Positions 21,440 through 30,365 of a stretch of DNA of 64,000 bases are shown here, in pieces (the first letter of the stretch is position 1; every line of letters begins with the position of its first letter). The notes beneath the pieces are model-generated. The model did not search any database and was not told the origin of the DNA. It worked only from the letters and a program-made list of their open reading frames with translations. Source of the stretch: Thiohalomonadales bacterium (GTDB lineage Bacteria; Pseudomonadota; Gammaproteobacteria; RBG-16-57-12); NCBI GenBank assembly GCA_050295955.1, contig JBNKQQ010000046.1, positions 5,205 through 69,204 on the forward strand, read 5' to 3'. A program made the position numbers and the translations under genes.

Positions 21440-22282
21440 GTGACTACAACATCGGCTGAATTTATCGATAGCCTCCTGCAAAATTTGGAGGAGAAATCCC
21501 TGAAGCTACCCATCCTCCCAGATGTAGCGCTAAAGGTGCATTCGCTGTTGGATAACCCTAAGGCGACCGTCACGGATATTGCTAAAGCAGTGAGCATGGA
21601 TGCCGCCATTTCAGCCCGCATCATCCAAGTCGCCAACAGTCCTATGTTTCGGGGGCGTGAGCCCATAGAAGATCTCAGCACTGCGATCCTACGCATGGGC
21701 CACTCTCTGGTGCGCAGCCTGGTTACCGTCATGCTGGTAGAGCAGGCGCACCACCCCAAATCCCCCTTCCTCCGTGAAAAAATATCGCTCTTGTGGAAAC
21801 ACAATACGCAGGTTGCCGCCCTAAGTTACATTCTTGCCCGTAACTACACATCACTCAAACCTGATGAAGCGATGTTAGCAGGGCTGTTACATGATATCGG
21901 CGTATTACCAATACTAGAGCATGCAGTCCATTTTCCAGAAATTATCGAAAATGAAGATGAGTTAAACAAAGCACTCAGAGAAACCCATACTCTCATTGGT
22001 AAACGGATACTAGAAAGCTGGAAGTTTCCAGATTCTTTTATCACCGTTGCAGCAGAACATGAAGATCTACAGCGCGAGTCCTCTGTCATGCCAGAACTCA
22101 TCGACGTGGTAATGGTGGCAAATCTACATAGCACTGTGCACGTGTGCGGCCCTCGCCCTAAAGTCAAATGGGGAGAAATCGCCGCTTTTAAAACGCTTGG
22201 GCTAACACCGGAAGAAAGTATTCAAAGCCTCAAGGAAGCGGCAAATGAGATCCGGGAAATTCTCCACTTCTTCAAAACGTAA
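21440..22282 (+). CDS. HDOD domain-containing signalling protein
   Basis: LPILPDVALKVHSLLDNPKATVTDIAKAVSMDAAISARIIQVANSPMF is a classic HDOD N-terminal block. LLHDIGVL and AEHE are present. It has a GTG start preceded by an AGGAAGG RBS. Confidence 0.85.
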   Translation: MTTTSAEFIDSLLQNLEEKSLKLPILPDVALKVHSLLDNPKATVTDIAKAVSMDAAISARIIQVANSPMFRGREPIEDLSTAILRMGHSLVRSLVTVMLVEQAHHPKSPFLREKISLLWKHNTQVAALSYILARNYTSLKPDEAMLAGLLHDIGVLPILEHAVHFPEIIENEDELNKALRETHTLIGKRILESWKFPDSFITVAAEHEDLQRESSVMPELIDVVMVANLHSTVHVCGPRPKVKWGEIAAFKTLGLTPEESIQSLKEAANEIREILHFFKT

Positions 22283-22347
22283 AATTTAGTCCGCCCATCA
22301 ATAAACCTATATCCCGCAAAGGATGCTAATAAAGATAAAGGCCAAAC

Positions 22348-24771
22348 ATGAGCAATCCGGGCAAACACCTCGCCTTATTACCAGAGCAGCTCTACCATTG
22401 CTGCAATCCCCAGCTACTGGACTTTGATAACACCGAACAGTTGGCAGACCTAGAGTGCATGCTTGGTCAGGATCGGGCCGCTCAAGCAGTTAAATTTGGC
22501 ATTGGCATCCAGCGTGATGGTTATAACCTCTATGTCATGGGCCCTCCAGGGAGTGGCAAACACACGCTTGTAAGGCAATTTCTGGAGCAAGAGGCTCGCA
22601 GTCATTCTCTTCCCAACGACTGGTGCTATGTCCATAATTTTGACCAGCCACAAAAACCCCATACTCTATGCCTCCCCTCAGGAAGAGGCATAAAACTGCG
22701 CCGCGATCTCGACCGCCTCATCGAAGAACTGCAAAGCGCCATCACCAGTGCTTTTGAGAGCGGCGAATATCAATCACGTATTGAGACCATTGAAAACGAA
22801 TTAAAAAACCGCCAACAAAGAGCGGTTAGTGAGATTCAGGAAGACGCAGAAAAAGCGGATATTAAACTCTTAAGGACCGCTGATGGCTTCGTTTTTGCCC
22901 CTACTCAGAACAATGAAATCCTAGAACCTGAACAATTTAACCAGCTACCGGAAGAGCAAAAACGGCAATTTGAAACCCTTATCGAAGAATTGGAAACCCG
23001 ACTACGCCGGGTATTAGAACGCTTTCCTCTCTGGGCAAAAGAGAGCCGCAATAAGGTCAAAGAGGTTAATCGAGACACCCTACGCATTACCATTCATGCC
23101 CCCATTCACGAACTGGAAGCCCGCTACCATGACCTGCCTGAGGTGATAAAACACCTTGAGCGCATGGAAACAGACATTCTTGATAATATTAATAACTTCC
23201 GTAAACCTGAGGAGATCGGCATCGCCCTGCTCAGTCAGGCAGAACACCGTAAAGCCCCTTTTACCCGCTATCGGGTAAACCTACTGATCAGTCATGATGA
23301 GTCACAACTGGTACCCGTTATCTACGAAGATCAGCCCAACTACCAAAACTTGGTTGGGCGTGTAGAGCATCTTTCACAAATGGGCACCCTAATCACCGAC
23401 TTCACCCTCATAAAACCGGGCTCGCTGCACCGAGCTAATGGTGGTTACCTTATTCTTGATGTAGATAAAATACTCAGCCAGCCTTATGCCTGGGAAGGGC
23501 TAAAACGTGCCTTGCGCTCCAATGAGATCCGCATCGATTCACTCAGCCAGATGCTTAGTCTGACCAGCACGGTGAGCCTGGATCCGGAACCCATTCCCCT
23601 AAAAGTAAAAATCGTATTACTGGGAGATCGACATATCTACCACCTACTTAACCACTTCGACCCGGAATTCGATAAACTTTTTAAGGTGGTAGCAGATTTT
23701 GAAGATGAAATCCCCCGTAATGAAGAGAATCTGCCGCTTTTCGCTCGTTTTATCGCTACCATCTGTCGCCATGAAAAGCTTCTCCCTCTAGACCGGGTAG
23801 CCGTGGCCAGAATGGTGGAATACGCCTCCCGTATCGCCGAAGACAATGAAAAGCTCACTACGCATATGAGCACCCTAAGTGACCTATTAGTAGAAGCTGA
23901 CTATCTAGCTCGCCAACGAAGTGGTGTCGACATCATCACCCGAGAGGATATTGAACATGCCCTAAAGCTTCAGGAGAGACGCGCCAATCGCCTCGCAGAG
24001 CGACTCCATGAAGAGGTCATTCGAGGTGATATTCATATTGCGACTGATGGTCTAAAAGTGGGACAAATCAATGGCCTTACCGTAATCAGCCTAAGCAATC
24101 ACATGTTCGGTCAACCAACCCGAATTACCGCCACCCTACGCCTAGGTGAAGGTGAAGTCATTGATATAGAAAGAGAAGTCGAGATGGCGGGACCCATCCA
24201 CTCTAAAGGGATGATGATCCTCGCCTCCTATATTGGCCACCGCTACTCCCGCAACCGTCCTCTTTCTCTCCATGCCAGCGTAGTATTCGAACAATCCTAC
24301 GGCATGATAGAAGGAGACAGCGCCTCACTGGCCGAGCTTTGCGCCCTGCTCTCAGTGATTGCAGAAACACCAATCAATCAAGGCCTTGCCGTCACGGGTT
24401 CCGTCAATCAGCATGGAGAAGTTCAACCCATTGGCGGAGTTAATGAAAAAATTGAAGGGTATTTCAAAATCTGCCGGCAACGTGGCCTAAATGGCCATCA
24501 AGGCGTTATCATTCCCTACGACAACATAAAACATCTAATGCTGGATCAAGAAGTTATCGATGCAATCAAAATCCAGAAATTCAACATCTATGGCGTTAAA
24601 ACCACCGATGAGGCCATTACGCTTCTCATGTCAATGGAGGCAGGAGATGCTGATCTTAATGGCAACTACCCAGCTGGCACCCTCAACAATCTAATCAATC
24701 AACAGCTGGCAGAATTGGCAGTAATCCGCCACACCTTCAGCGATATGCTTAAAGAAGAAGAAGATTCGTAA
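22348..24771 (+). CDS. Lon-like (LonC/lon-related type) protease with an AAA-like domain carrying a long helical insertion
   Basis: The P-loop-like motif is GPPGSGKH. A roughly 200-aa charged helical insert follows. The Walker-B-like motif is GGYLILDVD. The C-terminal S16 domain has IEGDSASLAELCALLS (catalytic Ser) and PIGGVNEKIEG (Lys). Confidence 0.85.
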   Translation: MSNPGKHLALLPEQLYHCCNPQLLDFDNTEQLADLECMLGQDRAAQAVKFGIGIQRDGYNLYVMGPPGSGKHTLVRQFLEQEARSHSLPNDWCYVHNFDQPQKPHTLCLPSGRGIKLRRDLDRLIEELQSAITSAFESGEYQSRIETIENELKNRQQRAVSEIQEDAEKADIKLLRTADGFVFAPTQNNEILEPEQFNQLPEEQKRQFETLIEELETRLRRVLERFPLWAKESRNKVKEVNRDTLRITIHAPIHELEARYHDLPEVIKHLERMETDILDNINNFRKPEEIGIALLSQAEHRKAPFTRYRVNLLISHDESQLVPVIYEDQPNYQNLVGRVEHLSQMGTLITDFTLIKPGSLHRANGGYLILDVDKILSQPYAWEGLKRALRSNEIRIDSLSQMLSLTSTVSLDPEPIPLKVKIVLLGDRHIYHLLNHFDPEFDKLFKVVADFEDEIPRNEENLPLFARFIATICRHEKLLPLDRVAVARMVEYASRIAEDNEKLTTHMSTLSDLLVEADYLARQRSGVDIITREDIEHALKLQERRANRLAERLHEEVIRGDIHIATDGLKVGQINGLTVISLSNHMFGQPTRITATLRLGEGEVIDIEREVEMAGPIHSKGMMILASYIGHRYSRNRPLSLHASVVFEQSYGMIEGDSASLAELCALLSVIAETPINQGLAVTGSVNQHGEVQPIGGVNEKIEGYFKICRQRGLNGHQGVIIPYDNIKHLMLDQEVIDAIKIQKFNIYGVKTTDEAITLLMSMEAGDADLNGNYPAGTLNNLINQQLAELAVIRHTFSDMLKEEEDS

Positions 24772-24804
24772 CCATGTAAATTAAGGAACCTCTGAAGAGA
24801 CTCC

Positions 24805-25113
24805 TCAATAATACGTAAGACTCCCCTCTGACTCCGAATAAATGATGATATCACCCTCATCCAGTTCAGAACGCTCAATATCATCAAACGGACCAATCCA
24901 ATCTTCAGGGGGTGCTGCACGCTCGATCGACATCAAGCGCCAGCTCTCTAGTTCCAACTCCTCAATCGCCCCGTCATAATATTGAATCTCAATACACGGC
25001 TCCTGCTCATCCATGTCCATTGCCACGATCTCAAATAACCCCTTCTGAGAACGATACCACCCACCTATCTCAAACATAGCGTCATCGATCATATATCCAT
25101 CTCCCAGTTCCAT
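24805..25113 (-). CDS. Hypothetical small acidic protein
   Basis: 102-aa ORF rich in D/E with no recognisable motif. It is convergent with the Lon-like gene and divergent from the autoinducer synthase. Confidence 0.5.
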   Translation of the reverse strand: MELGDGYMIDDAMFEIGGWYRSQKGLFEIVAMDMDEQEPCIEIQYYDGAIEELELESWRLMSIERAAPPEDWIGPFDDIERSELDEGDIIIYSESEGSLTYY

Positions 25114-25223
25114 CCTCTTTCTTAAAGATAGCAGGCAGTTCAGGTATTCCCAGTCTATCTCCCCCTACTTAAATCATAAAAAAAATACTACATATAACTT
25201 GACCAAGTGGAGATACTGTTATT

Positions 25224-25237
25224 GGGGAATATTCCCC
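25224..25237. promoter_or_regulatory. Perfect 14-bp palindrome GGGGAATATTCCCC in the autoinducer-synthase leader
   Basis: Read directly. It ends 23 nt upstream of the ATG at 25261 and lies just 5' of the GAGAGGA RBS. It is a candidate operator or small 5'-UTR hairpin. Confidence 0.35.
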
Positions 25238-25260
25238 TACCCACAAGAGAGGACTATGCA

Positions 25261-26481
25261 ATGAAAAATAATGGAACCGTTTTATTAAGCCCAATCGAAG
25301 CTGCCAACTATAAAAAACGTGAAGATGATTTTTATTTTCACCGTGTACAACAAGCATGGAAGGGTCGCCACATCATGCATGGCCGCGTTCCAGATAAAGA
25401 CTCTATCATCCTGATGAGTAACGACTATCTATCTCTCGCCAATCATCCAGAAATCTTGAAAGCCCACTCAGACGCTATTTTGAAAACTGGTAACGGGCTA
25501 TTAATGTCGAGTATTTTTCTTCATGGAAATAATCCCCAAGCCAATTTAGAATCCCGACTCTCGGCTTTTTTAAAATCCGAAACAAGCATATTATGCCAAT
25601 CAGGCTGGTGCGCTAACGTAGGTCTCATGCAAACCATTGCCGATAAGCATACTCCTGTTTATCTGGACATCCTCGCGCATATGTCGATCTGGGAAGGGGT
25701 CAAAAGTGCAGGTGCCAAAGCCTACCATTTCCACCACAACAATATGGCTCATCTGGAACGACAAATTAAAAAACATGGTAGTGGTATCATTGCTGTAGAC
25801 TCACTCTATAGCACCAGTGGCAGCATATGCCCATTGACTGAGTTAGTTGAGGTTGCCGAACGCTACGATTGCATACTTGTTGTTGATGAATCCCACTCCT
25901 TAGGCACTCATGGAGATTATGGTGAGGGATTGGTTGCCTCATTAGGGCTTGCTGATAGGGTACATTTTAGAACCGCCAGTTTAGCAAAAGCGTTTGCAGG
26001 AAGAGCTGGTGTTATCACCTGTTCTTCGCGTTTTAGGGACTATTTCAGGTCCACATCACTCCCCGCTATATTTAGCAGTGCCATACTTCCCCATGAAATT
26101 GTTGCCTTACAAAAAACTTTGGATATTGTTATCGCCAGCCAAGAGAGACGAGCACGACTACATGCCCTTTCAAAAGATGTAAAACAGAAACTACTCGACT
26201 TAGGCTACAACGTTGGCATCACGCAAAGCCAAATCATTCCCCTTGAAGCTGGGCCAGAAAGAGAAACCATGAAGCTGCGCGATGCACTAGAAAAAAGAGA
26301 TATCTTCGGCGCTATCTTTTGCGCACCAGCCACCGCAAAAAACCGCTCGATGGTTAGACTCTCTTTACACTCTGAGTTGGGAAAACAAGAAATAGCACAC
26401 TTACTGGAAGCTCTAGCTGATATCCGTGACGAGGTCAGGCCTGATAGATGGCCAGCAGCCAAGAAAGTGATTTCAATTTAG
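25261..26481 (+). CDS. lqsA: Alpha-hydroxyketone autoinducer synthase, CqsA/LqsA family (PLP-dependent, alpha-oxoamine synthase fold)
   Basis: Blocks SNDYLSLANHP, SQSGWCANVGLMQTI, AHMSIWEG, HHNN, VDSLYSTSGSI, VVDESHSLGTHG and FRTASLAKAFAGRAG (PLP Lys) match V. cholerae CqsA as I recall it. I place the start at the ATG at 25261, which has a good RBS; the ORF track starts at a GTG at 25207. Confidence 0.88.
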   Translation: MKNNGTVLLSPIEAANYKKREDDFYFHRVQQAWKGRHIMHGRVPDKDSIILMSNDYLSLANHPEILKAHSDAILKTGNGLLMSSIFLHGNNPQANLESRLSAFLKSETSILCQSGWCANVGLMQTIADKHTPVYLDILAHMSIWEGVKSAGAKAYHFHHNNMAHLERQIKKHGSGIIAVDSLYSTSGSICPLTELVEVAERYDCILVVDESHSLGTHGDYGEGLVASLGLADRVHFRTASLAKAFAGRAGVITCSSRFRDYFRSTSLPAIFSSAILPHEIVALQKTLDIVIASQERRARLHALSKDVKQKLLDLGYNVGITQSQIIPLEAGPERETMKLRDALEKRDIFGAIFCAPATAKNRSMVRLSLHSELGKQEIAHLLEALADIRDEVRPDRWPAAKKVISI

Positions 26482-26493
26482 CGCTATTGAAAA

Positions 26494-26531
26494 GAGCCTC
26501 GACGAAAGACTAACTCTCGTCATCGAGGCTC
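26494..26531. terminator. Possible shared hairpin between the convergent lqsA and lqsR 3' ends
   Basis: GAGCCTCGA (26494-26502) pairs with TCGAGGCTC (26523-26531). There is no clear U-run, and the structure overlaps the last lqsR codons. Confidence 0.3.
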
Positions 26532-27523
26532 TCTAAATAATCACTATAGCGAAACACCGATTGCAACTGGGTAGAAAAATAGTCTGCATCTTCCACTATC
26601 GCATAGAAGTAATGCCCTACTTTATCAATTGGATGGCATGGATAGATGTAGTTCCGCCAATTTTTCACCTCAGGAGAATAATATCCTCCATGCTGCCAAA
26701 AATAAGGAATCACCTCATTACGGTTAATCAGCTGATACAATTCATCTGGCCCCTGGTATCCCTTTACCAACTCACTATGGGCACGCATCTCCTCACTAGA
26801 GAAGACAATTAACTGCATCGCCAGTCCTTTAGCGTTGAGCATCATATAGCCAATAGGCTCACTGGTGAGATAATACTCAATAATCTCATGCTGACACCGC
26901 AAGCTTTTGAATAATTTCAAGAAATCATTATTCAATAAAAAACCAAATGCATCCCCAGGCAATGCATTTTTCAAGAATCCTCCCTTCTCCTCAAAATATG
27001 CATTCTGAAATTCACAGATAAAGTCATTAATAGCAGAAACGCTGTCACCATCCTGTTTCATAATAAATTTATCAATGACCCCCTCATTGAAAGCCTTAAC
27101 AGCCAACTTTTCATCTGCAACCCCAGTCAGTAGTATCTTTTTCACATTCGGGTCACGAATCAAACGACAAAACTCAATACCACTCATCCCAGGCATATCG
27201 TAATCAACAATCACTACCGATTTCTCGGTAAAACGCTGGCGGTTACCTAACTCATCCTTAAGAACATCGACATTTACCTGGATCAGGTTGTCATTATTTA
27301 CATCAAAAATATCATCAGAGCGGTGGACAAAACACTTATCTAGAAGGGCATTAGAGGCAGGATAATCATTGACCCACTCCAGCGCCTCCATTGGCGAGGA
27401 AAAAAGGCGGTAGGCCAAATTTTCATTTAGACGCAGACTAAAATTCACTAAATAGTCTTGATTATCATCAACAACCACAATCGTAGTTGGATGAAAAAAT
27501 GGATGTGCAGAATCCCTACTCAT
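26510..27523 (-). CDS. lqsR: LqsR-like response regulator (receiver domain with a long insertion; non-DNA-binding C-terminal domain)
   Basis: TIVVVDDNQDYL...VVIVDYDMPGMSGIEF...LLTG..D...A places the acceptor Asp at about residue 107-109, comparable to D108 of Legionella LqsR as I recall it. No HTH is present. The start overlaps the kinase stop by 8 nt. Confidence 0.75.
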   Translation of the reverse strand: MSRDSAHPFFHPTTIVVVDDNQDYLVNFSLRLNENLAYRLFSSPMEALEWVNDYPASNALLDKCFVHRSDDIFDVNNDNLIQVNVDVLKDELGNRQRFTEKSVVIVDYDMPGMSGIEFCRLIRDPNVKKILLTGVADEKLAVKAFNEGVIDKFIMKQDGDSVSAINDFICEFQNAYFEEKGGFLKNALPGDAFGFLLNNDFLKLFKSLRCQHEIIEYYLTSEPIGYMMLNAKGLAMQLIVFSSEEMRAHSELVKGYQGPDELYQLINRNEVIPYFWQHGGYYSPEVKNWRNYIYPCHPIDKVGHYFYAIVEDADYFSTQLQSVFRYSDYLESLDDES

Positions 27524-28817
27524 CTTCCACTCCCCTAAAACAGAGATGAAACTCCGTGAAGTTTCCCAACTCAGTGCGAACCGCTATGGTTCCACCAAAA
27601 CTCTCCATCGCCATTTTGCAGAAAGGAAGGCCAAGCCCAGCCCCTCTTCCCGCATCCCTGGTCGAAAAAAATTGCTCGAAAATATAAGGCAGCACCTCTG
27701 GCAAGATACCCGCCCCCGTATCCCGGAATATAACACAATTTCTCTCATTATCTGCTACTATCCGAATGGTAATATCCCCTTTGCCTGCCTTTCGGATAAA
27801 CCACAGAGCGTTTTTCACCAAGTTAAAAATCACATGGGAATAGATAACATCCGATCCCAAAAAGGTAAAATCACCACCCGATAACAGCCTTACCATGCCT
27901 CTCTCCTCTTCAGAAGAAAAAGGGTATCGTCGCAATGCCAACTCAGTCGAACTTCTTACTGAGATCTCACTAAAACGACTATTATCAATATTTAGCTTCC
28001 CTGAATTGACCAACAGCATGTCAATAATACTGTGGGAATAGGCGATCTCATTCTCAATTCGCTTCAATACAGAACCCATAGCATCTAAATGGGCATTACG
28101 GATTTTAGGGACTTCCTGCCTCGCCTCTTTCGCCATCTTATACCCGCTAAGTAACGCGGGCAGATAGCGATGCAACCCCGCCACGCCACTCTGAATACTT
28201 TGCAATGGCGTCCTTAGCTCATGAGCCATACTACTGCCAATCGCACGCATAACACGTTCACGCTCACGACGCAAAAGGTCCTTACGATGAATAAAAATAG
28301 TCCCTGAAAGCAATGAAAACAAATAGATCGGCAACTGCTCAAAATAACCATGAGGTGGCAACATTACGCCACTCATCACCATGTATGTCAACCACCCTAA
28401 AGAACTACCGACAAAGAAAATTAGAAGGATAAGTAGCCAAGAATCAATCACCAAAAACAAAAATAGGATAGCAGCCATACAGGACATCCCCCACACAGTA
28501 GAGGCGCCATTCATCAGCAGCATATAGGTAAAAAAGAACGGCAAACCATACGTAACAGCTACCAACCAGTAGACCATCAAATAGGGTTTTAGTGAATTTG
28601 GCCAACGCTCAATTAACACAAGAGCCAGAAACAGTACTGCCCCGAGCAGACGAAAAAAGAGACTTTCATATGGTTGGGGGAAAAGATATGCCCAAATGAC
28701 ATAGTAAAGTGGGAATCCAACTAATCCTATAAAACCAACAAGCTTATAGTTTTTCTGGCTAAGTTGTGCACTATTGCCTATGGCGAGTAGTAGTTCTTTC
28801 TTCCACTTTACGATCAC
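27516..28817 (-). CDS. lqsS: CqsS/LqsS-family membrane sensor histidine kinase (no receiver domain)
   Basis: The N-terminal six-TM domain GFIGLVGFPLYYVIWAYLFPQPYESLFFRLLGAVLF matches the CqsS ligand-binding domain. The H-box is SSMAHELRTPL. N/G boxes NLVKNALWF, DTGAGI and GAGLGLPF are present. The protein ends after the HATPase domain. Confidence 0.88.
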   Translation of the reverse strand: MIVKWKKELLLAIGNSAQLSQKNYKLVGFIGLVGFPLYYVIWAYLFPQPYESLFFRLLGAVLFLALVLIERWPNSLKPYLMVYWLVAVTYGLPFFFTYMLLMNGASTVWGMSCMAAILFLFLVIDSWLLILLIFFVGSSLGWLTYMVMSGVMLPPHGYFEQLPIYLFSLLSGTIFIHRKDLLRRERERVMRAIGSSMAHELRTPLQSIQSGVAGLHRYLPALLSGYKMAKEARQEVPKIRNAHLDAMGSVLKRIENEIAYSHSIIDMLLVNSGKLNIDNSRFSEISVRSSTELALRRYPFSSEEERGMVRLLSGGDFTFLGSDVIYSHVIFNLVKNALWFIRKAGKGDITIRIVADNERNCVIFRDTGAGILPEVLPYIFEQFFSTRDAGRGAGLGLPFCKMAMESFGGTIAVRTELGNFTEFHLCFRGVEDE

Positions 28818-28890
28818 AATAGCCTGATACCTGACACGAGAAATAACGAAAAAACGATATGCCCCTCCTCAAACGCCAACTATCGGTAAA

Positions 28891-30354
28891 TTAGCGAGAG
28901 TATAGAGAGGTCAAATGTTTCAAATGCCCCTGGAGACCCGGTTGCAACTGATGCCAATCAAAGCGCCAAGTCCAATTCCCTTCCGAGGTGCCAGGAATAT
29001 TCATGCGATGATCAGAATCCAGCCCTAGCAAATCCTGCAGCGGCACCACCGCCCATAACGCCACTGAACTGAGCGCAGCTCTAATCAGTGGCCACGGCAT
29101 TCCCTCATTCGGGCGACCAAGATACTCCAATACATGATTTTGTTGCTGTACACTCAAACTGGAAAACCAGCCACATGTCGTATCATTATCATGGGTACCC
29201 GTATATACAACGCTGGACAATTCATGATTATGGGGAAGATAGCTATTTTCTGGTCCACCATCGAAAGCAAATTGCAGTATTTTCATACCGGGTAAACCAA
29301 ACTGTTCCCGCAATGCATTCACTTCAGGGGTTATCACGCCCAAGTCCTCTGCAACCAAAGGCAATGATCCAAGAGCCGATTTAATCGCCTCAAATAAATT
29401 GGCATCTGGCCCCTTTACCCACTTGCCATTAATCGCGGTAGGCTCGCTTGCAGGTATTTCCCAATAGGCCTCAAAGCCCCGAAAATGGTCAATGCGTACC
29501 ACATCAAATAACTCAATCTGATTTCGCAGGCGGTGAATCCACCACTGATAACCATCTTCCGCCATCACCTGCCAGTTATACAGGGGATTTCCCCAACGCT
29601 GCCCCGTATCAGAGAAATAATCTGGCGGTACACCCGCAACCACCGTTGGCTGCCCCAGCTCATCCAGCAGGAAATATTCACGATGCGCCCACACCTCAGC
29701 ACTATCATGGGCAACAAAGATTGGCATATCGCCAAATAACAATACGCCTCTCTCTGCGGCATACTCTTTCAACGCATGCCATTGAGTAAAAAAGACATAT
29801 TGCTCAAACTTAACCCGCATCAGGCTATCCTGTAGACCAATAGCCGCCTGGGCCAATGCTTCAGGTTCACGATCCCTTAGTGGCTGAGGAAAATCTACCC
29901 AGGAACAAAGATGGTGTATCTGGCGGAGTGCTCGATATAGGGCAAAATCATGTAGCCAATCCTGATGATCTTGGCAAAATTCGTCAAATTCATTACGCTG
30001 TGCGGAGCTTGCCTTTTCCATAAAGCAGCGGTAGGCGTCGCTCAGACAAGCTCGACGCATTGCACCAGGATTCAATGTACGATGTGCCACCATCTGTTCA
30101 GCACTGAGCCAGCCCTGTTTTTGCAATAATTCCAAGCTAATTAGCAGCTCATTGCCCCCATTAACGGAAAGACATTGATAAGGGGAACCATCGCTATGGG
30201 TAGGCCCTGTGGGTAACATTTGCCACAGCGTCACACCACTCTGGTGAAGGAAATCAACAAAGCGATAGGCATCAGGACCAATATCGCCACTGGGTAGTGA
30301 GGTGGGGTGCAGCAGCACCCCTGCACGTCTTCGTTTATCGTTTGGGCTTAACAC
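28891..30354 (-). CDS. malQ: 4-alpha-glucanotransferase (amylomaltase, GH77)
   Basis: 487 aa with RRAGVLLHPTSLP, DMPIFVAHDSAEVW, RIDHFRGF, VAEDLGVITPEV and YTGTHDNDT. Confidence 0.95.
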   Translation of the reverse strand: MLSPNDKRRRAGVLLHPTSLPSGDIGPDAYRFVDFLHQSGVTLWQMLPTGPTHSDGSPYQCLSVNGGNELLISLELLQKQGWLSAEQMVAHRTLNPGAMRRACLSDAYRCFMEKASSAQRNEFDEFCQDHQDWLHDFALYRALRQIHHLCSWVDFPQPLRDREPEALAQAAIGLQDSLMRVKFEQYVFFTQWHALKEYAAERGVLLFGDMPIFVAHDSAEVWAHREYFLLDELGQPTVVAGVPPDYFSDTGQRWGNPLYNWQVMAEDGYQWWIHRLRNQIELFDVVRIDHFRGFEAYWEIPASEPTAINGKWVKGPDANLFEAIKSALGSLPLVAEDLGVITPEVNALREQFGLPGMKILQFAFDGGPENSYLPHNHELSSVVYTGTHDNDTTCGWFSSLSVQQQNHVLEYLGRPNEGMPWPLIRAALSSVALWAVVPLQDLLGLDSDHRMNIPGTSEGNWTWRFDWHQLQPGLQGHLKHLTSLYSR

Positions 30355-30365
30355 TCTCTCGCCTA

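Noticed and set aside
21179-21804. Minus-strand ORFs 21179-21481, 21202-21405 and 21433-21804, overlapping the ygfZ end and the HDOD gene.
   Set aside because: They are antisense to well-supported genes, have no motifs, and have Arg/Cys/Ser-rich compositions typical of shadow ORFs.
22348-24771. The Lon-like protease considered as BrxL of a BREX phage-defence system.
   Set aside because: No BREX partners lie nearby (brxA, brxB, brxC, pglX methyltransferase, pglZ phosphatase). The neighbours are ygfZ and an HDOD gene. The domain pattern fits the LonC/lon-related class better.
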